NCBI GenBank assembly: GCA_040954595.2
Contig: CM082581.2
Coordinates: forward strand, 8,727,413 to 8,791,412
Reading direction: 5' to 3'
Length of the DNA stretch: 64,000 nt
Origin: Balanoglossus misakiensis
Lineage: Eukaryota; Animalia; Hemichordata
Position numbers and translations under genes: made by a program
Shown: one piece after another, positions 53,042 to 64,000 of the stretch
Layout: every line of letters begins with the position of its first letter
Position numbering within the stretch: position 1 is the first letter of the stretch
Notes under the pieces: model-generated
What the model saw: the letters and a program-made list of their open reading frames with translations, nothing else
What the model was told of the DNA's origin: nothing
Database searches by the model: none

Positions 53042-56000
53042 ACAAAGTCTTGCGCTGGGTCGAAATCAAGAATAATATTCTGGTTGATAAAAGTTATGTT
53101 ATGCAAGTTGGAAAGATACAACGGCGTGTGTATAAGGTAGATGTGTTTTACGGTAATTCTCTACGTCATCCAAGGCGTAATTTATGATTTATAATGGTTA
53201 TCACGTCAATGGTTCATCAACGTATTGTTAGGAGGAGATGCTTGTCTCAAAAGACATTAATCATGCGATGGTGATCGCAGAAAAAAAACCCCAATGTTAT
53301 TGTATATATAGCCTGGCATGTCACGGTGTAGAGATGGCAGCGGGAATCACTCTTAACATGAAAATACCACTTTCATGTTTGGGTGAGTGAAATGTTAGGG
53401 GTTTGACGTATAGAATGTTCGGAGTGCCTGACAAAATGATGACAATGATCAGGCTGGCGCAGAAGGGCACGAAGCGGCGTTGTTAGTGGTCAGTTACATT
53501 GTTGACGTCACCACCGGTGCGTCTTGCGGACACTGTCCATCGCGTATAATTTCCCTTTAAATACGCAACAATTGGCATTTGACTCCAACGATTCCTCGGA
53601 AGATAAAGAGAATCACCTTTTCCCCAGTGTAATTTCGACCGGTGCGAAACATCACAGCAGGCTGCAAATTAATAAGGATTATTGCGTTTCCCCTCAATCG
53701 TATCAGAGACACCCGTAATAGATGTAAACAGCCAGATACAATATGCCTCCTGCGTCATAGATGACGGAGAGGAATGCCGTGTTTTAACTGTCCCCTTTTA
53801 TGCAAATCGTGATACGCTCACGTAAAACACGACAAATTAAATTGTTACTGGTGGCCGGGCAATTTCTGCACTACCGGCTAAACCGCGGCATCTGTGCGTG
53901 TTCACAATTCTTCACACCCTTAATGTACCGTCGAGTTCTTGATAAGAAGCGTGACCGGACTTTCATGAACTTCGGAGATTGTTCTCGCGATGACTTTATT
54001 TCTACGAGCACCCTGTGTTAGAAAAAGTAAACCAATTTCCTTATTTTAATGCAACTGCACGTTGCTTGGCCATCGTCTGCTGGGTTTTTTTTTCAAACTT
54101 TACAGCGAGAACCTTGTCTCATCAGTTCCGAATTATTCCCGAACAAGCAGACGCGTGCATAACTCGTGGTATACCACACGCAAATGTTTCCCGTTCGTGT
54201 AAGAAACCGGCGCTCGCGCGACGGCGCAGGAATCGCGTTGGCCAGGTAGTAATTTCGCCATCTATACTGACGGCAATTAGCGCATTTGAGTGACTTGTGC
54301 AATAAATGGGATTAAGACGAACCGTCCTTGACCTTCATTCTGTTTGGTTTCACCAGCCGGTCAAATACATCACGGACCGGCCAGCCAGCCAGCCAGTAAA
54401 TAGAAAACAATCGACAAATATACTCATGATTGAAGCCGCGTGACTGCAAATTCATTGTGATGGGAGAAATGAGCCCTCTAAAATGACTTTTATGTACGGG
54501 CCAATCATTGTATTTCCCCCGATAGCGATGGGTAATTGCCCCGTGACCATTCCACTTATAACCCCCGTGTAATTAATTCCATGCATTTGCCAGCAACTTT
54601 TAGTACTCAGCATTTGTCTTTTTTTGGAAATTTCAAACTAATGGACGCGATGCCGACCTGACAATGCGACGAAGTAATTTTAGAGAGTAGAAATTTTTAT
54701 GATGGTCTCTTCTGAAAATAGAACCCGGTCATAATTCAAATGCAGCCGCTATACGCAGCCGAGGACAAGTGGTTTTAGTCGGTGGAGAAAAAACCGCCCA
54801 CCATAGATCGTCAATTCCCTCACGAACGCATCACGTACACCGTCCTGCAGCGACAATAGAAAATTCAACCACATGTCTCACAATAGGCATATGGGGCTCG
54901 TGGTGCGTTTCTGGACTGAATTTAATGAACGATGTTTTGTGTGAAGTGAATTTATTCTCCAGAGTCTAAAAAACACACATCTTTTTCGCACCGTACGGCC
55001 ATGTCGGAAGTCTGCCAAACGCTGGCGCTGCGAGTTCGCTTTCGAGTGAGTGAATCTGTGTAGTGACATAACAATGTATGTCCTGGGTCACAAGAGGTCA
55101 CGATTGAGTAGAGCGTCGTGTCATTTCGCGATTTTAATACATGTAACCCGCATACCTTTTGTCGATATCAGTTAAATTCAAGGCTAAACAGTCGATAGCA
55201 AATGCAGTTTCGTCGATATAGAAATATTCATGTTATACTAAACAATCTTTATGTGTTTTTTTCTGCCCACTACAAATATTTAAGTTTAAATGCCAAAAAT
55301 ACCAAAAGTACTATACAGTGATATACATGTATAGTATTTTGTCATATATGCCGTATCTTGTTTTCCCCTCAGCGGTTAGCGAATAGACATGTCAAATAAA
55401 AGAAAAAAAAGTATGACTTATAGTATGCACAGACGGTTACCGCTTTAGAGACGTTATGGCGCTAAGCTCGTGTGAGACCTTCCGGTTTAAAACTACCGTC
55501 TGATGTAATTGGCACCGTCGCAGTTCAAACGAACGCGACCTAGAAAAAAACTGTATTCAGCAACACGATAACGACTGTAAATGAGTGTTTAACCTCTTGC
55601 GTGCACCTAGAAAGCGGAGAACACCATTGGGAGAACACCATCCGCGGTATCATCTGTCAACGTGCGGAGTGTAAACATATCCTGGCGCAATAATCCATAT
55701 CTGACAGACACGCCACCAGGATACACTCCCGCCGCCCATACACATCACCGAGCGGCGAGTGAAATTATTGATGGCGCTGCGGTGCAGTCGTCAGGCCCGG
55801 AACCCACACAAACATGACATCAAAAATTAAATCGTCCAGATGTGCGATTTTAAATTTGGGCTCATGTTTTTTTTGTTCGTGTGTTGGTTTTGTTGTGTAA
55901 CTCATCATGGTGACTGGTGCGGTACTATGTGACAGGTATTCCCGCGAAGGCCAGAAACCAAAATATGGGTTTCCGACGATAAAGTGGTGGATCGTGTCGA

Positions 56001-59000
56001 ATCAACAGGCTTCCGCAACCTTAACAACCGAAGTATAAAAAACATCACTTCCATCACTGTCTGTGTGTGCTTTCATACTGGACCGGCAGTGTATTTTTGA
56101 CTATATAAATTTCACGTTGTGTGTACAACTTAGTGGAGTCACATTTTACCATCGCATTTTTGACCTTTGGTATTAATTTGTGCGGGCAACCACGAAAATC
56201 GTCGACCGCCCACCGCCGGTACGCATCGTAAAACGCTCCATTATCGGAGATATCGATGGCTGTAAATGTTCTTTCACAAAGTGACTGCATGTATCGAGCA
56301 TTGGCGAGCGTCTATTCTCAGTTCTTGCTTTGCTCTGGATATTTAACTGGTCTCTGTCAGTAGTATATGAGTTTAGCTACAATAGGAGAGAGAGAGAGTA
56401 TATCTGGCTCGCAACCGTTCTGGAAAAAAGGGAGGTTGTAGAGGCCAGCATGAAATACATTACGGACATAATATCTATATCTATATATGCTTCGTTTAAA
56501 TTTAGCAAAACATTACAACTTAATCCTGGAAAGCAATGCTTGCAATTTTAGTCGTGTGTCTGTTCATGTGCACTAGTAGCCTCCGGGTACATTCTTCACT
56601 CAACCCATATTGAAATGTGCATATCAATGAGCATCGCGTAGTCGACAGGCCGGATACTGTTTTTATCATCAACCATGCAGACAACAGAACGTGCCAGTGA
56701 AATTACAATCGAAACGCAGACCAGAATTGAGAAATGTAATACTAAGTTACAGCTGCTGTATCTCCGCAACCTCTGTCAACAAGGTGAATTATCGATTTTT
56801 CGGGTGGAAAAGCAGTCAGTGTTTCCATAAATGTCCTCACAATAACACCACGTCAACTTTACCTGTAATCTGGCACAGCGTGTGAAACGAAGGAGATTTC
56901 TACTTCTCGTGAAATTCGTCCCATGGGACTGTCTACTTTGAAGTCATGCGCGCAGTGTGTGTTTGCCGAAAACATCCTAATATATTTCAGTTAGGTTTAA
57001 AGAGACGACAAATTTAGTTTATGGCGACGAGTACCTGTTCGTAATTTAATGTTCGCTCGCTGTCTGCGCATGTGCAGGCAGATTTCTTTTTTTCAATGGC
57101 CTCTCTTCTCCGCGTATCCGTCGAAAATGCAATGAGTTTGATCACTGGTCGAAAACCCATTACGCTTTTACTGTTCGTATTCGAGGCAATCTGGAAGGTT
57201 GAGAAGAACATGTGCTTTATACGCTTCAGCTGATAAGTATACGTCACACGTTCTGCCTAATCAGTAAATACGTGTGATGTTACCCTCCTACCAACACTCT
57301 CCTCTTACATGTAGTATTATCGTGTTTTTTTTAAACTGTTTATGGCGCAAATATATTTGCCAAGAAACCGACTTCAGTGTTTTTTGTATTTTTTAAGTGT
57401 AACTCATTCTTATTTTGCTAACCATATACTCCTAAGGCACTGATGTAGATGTATGCTGTGATCCTTGCGAATCAAATAAGACGAGACTTTAATACCGTCC
57501 GGTCGGTTGCCAAGGGCGACGTATAGACGCATCAAAACGTATCGCATGTTGGATTCGGTTTGAAAGATCGTGTCTGTTGAACGTAATATGACAGGTTAAG
57601 AACGCCCGAGTGGCTTCTGGGTCAGCTGTCTTGAAATCTGCTTCACATCTCGAATTAACCCAACTTAACCAGTTCCGCCTTCTCTTGTGCCGTTCATCAC
57701 CGAGTAGTGACGTTTCTCGAATGGCTGCCCCCGCGGGCACTAATTACCCAACGTTTGATTCCAAATAATCTGATAATACACTTATTTTGAGGACACTCTA
57801 ATCAAGGAGTTAGCGTCGTATATCTTTCTTTCGTGTACTGAGGTTTCCCTTTTATGCTTGAGTTACTCACTTGTGCACTGCCAGCCGCCGATGCGCGATT
57901 ACTGAAATTCACACGGGCACGTTTGTTATTCCCAAGATTGCGCGCGCACATTTCATAATTGCGACGCGGAGGGACACGTCTTACAAACGCCGTATAAATG
58001 ATGCAAATGGTGTATCTCCAGCAAAAAACTGCCTTGTTGAGATATCATCGAGGTGCCAACGAGATTAACATGTGCAGTGTTGAACATCCCAGATAGTGGC
58101 TAGGTTATAACATTTATTGCGCGTTATTTTCTGACACTATCAGTTATCTTAGTCTCGTTTTCCCCGCTCTACATAAACCTCCAAAATATCTGTCACGTGC
58201 GCACACTAGCAACTCAGACAACACTTGCTTACGAAGGGCAGCAGAGCAAAATTGACGATTCCGCGCCGCCACCGCGAGTAATTTTGTTTTTCCATCGTGC
58301 GAGCACGTTTGCGCGATCGGATGCCTGTGATTAGACCAAAACAAGCCCCTGTGACCTTACCTTTGAAACGTGGAAGATTAGGTACATGTTATTTCAGAGT
58401 GGGTCGTATTCTGATTGCTTGTATCGCGTTTCCCTTATAGCTTGAAAGGAGACTGAGGGGTGAGAAGGAAATCAAACACGACACAGATTTTCAATGTTCA
58501 ACATATAAAATCTGCAACATTACCCGCCTGAATGGCGTGGCTAATAATTCAATTCTACGATTGCATACATCGTTATTAATGCACACAAGCAACATTGCTA
58601 TCGTCAGCATCACTTATGTAAAACCGATCCCGTCAACACAGACCACGTAGTTCCTGGAGGCAAGCGGCTGTTGATTGCATAGAGACCCAGCCAGGTGAGG
58701 TGACGTCATAGTAGTGAAATGGGGGTACTATATGCGATTAACGAGAAAAGAAATGTCTTGAACTGCGAAGTATAGATTCAGGACTGATCGGACAACTAAT
58801 TGATGTGCCTCAGCTAGTTTTAATTCTGACTGTTTTAATACCGTCGAAACCAGACTTCGCAGTATTCGGGCACATCGGCCCATGCGCATTATGAGTGTTG
58901 AGCAGTAAAAACCGAGCATATTTTAGCGAGCAGAACATAAATATCTCAGCAACAGAAACAAAAATAACCAACACATTGTCAGAAGTTAACGACTGTCCCG

Positions 59001-59786
59001 TTTCACCAAATTGCTGAAACATACATGTAAATGGTACACTGAAGAGACTGTATGCGAGCTAGCGATCGTTTGTGAACCACAAGTCAACCGGAAGTAGCGC
59101 CGACGCCATATTGGCTAATGAGAGAAACCCTGGTGTATTGGCATGGGAGGCGTTGTCCAAGGAAGAAACTGGTGGTGAATAATATTTTATTACCCTCGTA
59201 TAGGTCCAGAAATGGGTAAAAATGAAACTGTATATGACGATCTCTTCTTAGCATAAAATATTCAGTACTCTGACCACGCTGCATATAGTTTAAATTGCGA
59301 AAAAACAATTTGCTCGGTAACAATTCTTTCCAATTAACTGTCTCCGGGGCTACTTAAAGTACTCTGCTCAGACAAATGCTCGTGAGGTTAGCCAGGTTCC
59401 CAGTTTAAGAAGAATTCATTTTGTACTATAGCACCTTAGCCCAGTGTCTGTCCGAGCCACATTAATGGTATTGTAATTACCACGTCATAGTAGCGGGCCT
59501 TGGGGTAATCTTCAAAGACGTCGTGATGCCAACAGTATTAAGATTACCCCGATAAATGGCGGTCCGGCCCCCAGGCAAGCAGCTGCATATGCACGGGAAA
59601 ACCGTAGTCGATTAATAACACAAGGATCAGCGCAGTTCTCTCTCGCATTTGGGGGAAAAAGAATCCTTTGGTTAAAGATCAGTCAACCGTAGATAAATTC
59701 GAAGTCCACATCTATCTTTTTTACACATTCAAAGCAGTCTTACCGGCTACACTTTTTCATCCAGCCCGGGCTTTGCCTTTCACTGC

Positions 59787-59807
59787 GGGGGGAGGGGGGG
59801 GGGGGGG
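59787..59807. repeat. Poly-G tract (G6-A-G14)
   Basis: Directly visible. Confidence 0.9.
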
Positions 59808-62800
59808 TTAGACTGCAGGTTTCATTCTTTAATCTCGCAAAAGGTGGATAAAACACTATCACTATCGTGTTTTAAGTACAACGACAGAATGTTGCCAGTA
59901 TTGAGTAACAGATTATAATGATGCCAGTCTCACACAACCTTTTACAGAAGCATAATGTATACAGCGGACAGAAGCTGTGTCAAAAGGCTCAATCATTCCT
60001 CGCTAGCCATTCTTCTGATCTGCCACTTGATCCCGAGAGCTTGAACCGACGTACTTTTTTTCTGATAAAACTTTGAATGGTGTGAAAATTGACAATATGC
60101 CATCACTCATCAACGATATTTATACCTCCATTTCTATTTTTTCTGGAACTCGCTGATGAATGAGATCCGCGCACAAGTACGTGTAAATTCACTACAACGG
60201 TCACATATTGATACTGTGGTCGACTCATTTGTGGCTGAAAACCCAACCAGTTCTTCAATTCGTCAGCGTGTAATTTGGTTAGGTCGAATTCCATTCCATT
60301 AACCTCAGTGAATACGTACTTGCGTGTTCATACGACCATCATCTAGGACACACCAACTTGACTATCGTTTCACTGGTTCTACGCCATTGTCACGATTCTG
60401 CCCTTTAACAAAAACAGGCATCGTAAAACATCACTGGTTATAGGCTATCTTATTTGTGAGGGGAAAGTCGGTTACAACCTTGTGCGTGGGCGTCGCCTAT
60501 AGCGACAGCATCTTTAATTTTTGGCCTTTTTGGTGCAAGACACTTTTCCCGAAAGGCAATATTGTGTTTAATGAGAGGTTGGTGCAGTTTGTTGAGAAAT
60601 AAAGTATTACAGGGTTTACGGCGTTGGACTAAATTGGAACTATTTTGCAGTAATTGGGCGCGGATAGAATGTGTGCAAATCTCAATAGCGTACGTTGTAT
60701 ACTAAGCACCCAATGTATTTTTCGTTTCGTGTTGTTTAAACACTGGCAAAACATCACATTCTAAAAATACACCTAATACTAATAGACCGCCATTTTAATT
60801 TATTCAAATATACAATTTACATAATGTTCTTTTGAACGCTGTTGCCATTATGCTCCATGCTAGTTATTTATGTGAAATTCGTAGGAACAAACAATAAACA
60901 ATGTGTCACGATAATTATGATGTATGATTCTATGAGATGTAATGTTACCTCTAAACCACCTCATCGCTACATTATTAATCACGTACATCTAACAAGCGTT
61001 TCGAATACAACGTTAACGCTTTTAACTGCAGTGTGTGTAATAGAGATCTTTACTGGCCTCCATGCGGGCAAGAGGAATATTTTAATCTGTCCGGTTTTTG
61101 TAACACGTGTCTGCAGCAGGCTCGGTTAGCCAGGGAAAGTTGTTTTTGGCAACATCGTGACAGTGGGCTTTGAATCGTGATGCAGTTAAATTTGTAAAAT
61201 TTGCCACTCGGGAACGAACAGTCGACTTGTGTGTTCGCTGTATACAGCCGTATCACTCTGTTCACTGTGACATGCTGTAGGATGTTGAAGGGGCCAATTT
61301 TGCATGACGTACATTGTATAAAACATAAACACATGTCCAATTAAATGGCGAGGGTTTTAAAACTGAAAAAACATAGACACCTTATTGAAGACCATCTGTT
61401 CGATATTATTTTTTTTTCAATGGACCATACAGCGTCAAAACAGCGGTCTGAAAAATATGCAAATCGATTTTTTGCGAGAAGTTGTTAACTTAATCCTTAC
61501 AACGCTGTAAGCATATACAGCTTAAGGATTGACAAGTTGCCACCTACGAAGATGATAAAATGAGAATCCCATTTGTTTTGGGTTATTTCAGAGGAAAAGT
61601 GGCATAATATCACGTGTGCTCTATTAGGCGTGACACACTGAGTGGCATTTTTATGCTCAGCCATAAGGATACGGCAGATTTAGTTTGCACCGGTGTCTAT
61701 AAAATTGATTAATTACCCAAAATGTGCAGGGTGCCTTGGATATGCAAATGGCAATACTGCTTATGCAAATAGTTTGCTGTTAAGTTCACTGAAATCATTC
61801 GTCATACTTGCATAATGTAGATTAAGTTCCACTCATTGACAAAATGACAAGCCCTTGTCCGCGCACTGTTTAATATGCAAGCGCGAAGTACATGTACCAT
61901 GCATGAAACGGTATGTGTTTAAGTCACATACTTGAAGAACCTATCTTTATGGTATCATTTCCCAGACGCTATTAAACACAAAAGATAGCAAAATGAGATA
62001 TTTTCTACCAGTATAAATTTTACAATGGCGAGGAATGCTTCCTATAATAGTTTTCTATACTGAACGCTGAAGAAAATATAACCTCTATATGTATCACTGG
62101 TGTATTGTCAGTGCAGGAAACACGGAAGCGGTTGTTCAAGTAACCTGTAGCGATGCAATGACCTCTTTGCTTAGCGAGAAATCATTTACATGTATACCCT
62201 CCGGAGGACACGACTGCTATGTAATCATTTACATATGTATGGTATGAAGTGAACCCGCCGAACGTTTAGTCACCATGCTGTATGCAATTACGCCCGTTTA
62301 ATCTGTGTGTGCTCGGGGAGATTGGAGTACGGTGTGGTTATGCGTATGCCGTTAAACCACCATGCCATTATCACCTCGAAAAATAACATGTTGTAGACAA
62401 ACGTGGGTGATGGTGACGTCATTCCTGGGCCATGCAGCCAACCGAGAGATTACGATTTTCAAATAACCTGATGATTAACCGTTATAGAACATAATAGGCC
62501 TAAACGTTACCCCGTAAAAATAGGTGTTCGTTTCTTGCTGGGTGGAAGAAAATTGAAATGTTGTTCTCTGGATAGTCGGCCTTTTTACATTAAAAAAAGA
62601 AAGACGAACAAGAGTCCACTTAGCAGAATTTGATATCCAGAGACGAGAATTTCTATGCAAATTACCCATTGGAAAGTGAAGTTAGTTGCCTGTAGTCAGT
62701 CGTGTCTGGCGAGCGCGGGAATCAAATGTCATGACGTCTAAAGTCAACACCTTTGCATGTGTATCGTCGGCAGAGATTCAGGTCGACTTTTGTCATTTGA

Positions 62801-64000
62801 TACAAACGACGGGTTTACTGTCGCTTTTTTTAACGCGAATGAGATGAAATTGTACAAATCAAAGAGCCAAACCTTGATTAATGACGTCATTATAACGCCT
62901 CGAAAAAAGGCGGTGGGTGGTTTTACTAGTAAGGTGCCTAAACGATTTTTAAAATTGAGCGATTTTAGTACTAGTGTCAATTTTAAGTCGTCAAGCGCGG
63001 TAGACATTCTGTGTAGTCCCCGCGACTAGCGAGAGCCGAGAATAAACGAAGCAAATTACCCTAAGGGAGCGACGTGCCATGGTTAATACCTACCGTCCCC
63101 CATTTTCTAGATGCGAATGAATGCTGAGGTAAACCATATTTTTGGTCCAACAGATGGAAACCCCATAAAGAGGAAGACATTTTTTTGGCATCGGCCAGGA
63201 GACATAAATTGGAACCGCCACGATTTCTGCAATCAAGTGGTTTGAATGAAATCTGCCAAAGAAAACACGCGTCCAAATAGCCTTTTTTAACAGCCACAGC
63301 CGTATCTCAACGAATACCAGAAAGTCTACCACAATTATTGTTAACATACAGTAAATATTTTAATAGCGTAAAAACTTTTCAAATATTTTACTACTAGACA
63401 AATGCAGTAAATTCTATGCTTTATGGTTGGTAGGGAAATGGTCATAACACAAACTTTAGCGGTAATATTTGAATAGGGCCCAATAAAAGATTGATCAACC
63501 GTAAGGAAGAAGTTTGAAGAGTAATATAATATATGTAACTGGCGGCTGGTACTGCTTTATGGTATAGGTCGCAGCTTTGTCTCGTGAAAAAAATCGTCAA
63601 TAAAATGTTACAAATATTGTGTACTTTTTATGAAGTAAAACTGCGTAGTCAGCCTTTGGTGGAGAAAGGTTACAATTTTGTTTCCAGGGTCACCATGTTG
63701 TTGGGCAGGGCATATGGATTTTACCCTTTGTAATGCATTTTTCCTGAACGATCTCCAATATAAATATTTGTTTGCATCTATATGTTTTGGTACTTGTAGC
63801 TGAAGCCGGAAATTGCCATGACCGATTCCATATTTTCTATATATTATAAAAAGAGTTCATAAGTACACTCTTTTGGGTCTATGACGTAGGAAACAAAAAT
63901 GAATGCGTTTAACTTGCGTAGTTACGGAACCGTATGTACCCTATAGTAGCGAAAGTTATTGAGCGAACGCCCTAGGTTTAAGGACAGCGGGTTACTTTCG

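Overview
This is eukaryotic, AT-rich (about 40% GC by eye), gene-poor animal DNA. The repeat style and receptor type suggest an invertebrate deuterostome such as an acorn worm or amphioxus, but this is inference and not verified. One protein-coding gene is clear: a single-coding-exon class A GPCR of the PrRP / short-NPF / NPY receptor clade (51152-52216, +). The left edge probably holds the last two exons and long 3' UTR of an unidentified + strand gene (about 311-3420). The rest is non-coding and carries TTAA-flanked (Kolobok/T2-like) MITEs, short tandem duplications, microsatellites and candidate regulatory motifs. I found no rRNA, tRNA, CRISPR array or transposase ORF, and no convincing novel multi-gene system. 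The best leads are: (1) a possible stop-codon readthrough extension of the GPCR, plus an in-frame uORF; (2) near-perfect RFX X-boxes around the receptor; (3) strong over-representation of TACATGTA, which resembles a Tc1-type excision footprint; (4) a MITE inside the receptor's putative 3' UTR. Almost all other ORFs in the supplied track look like noise.
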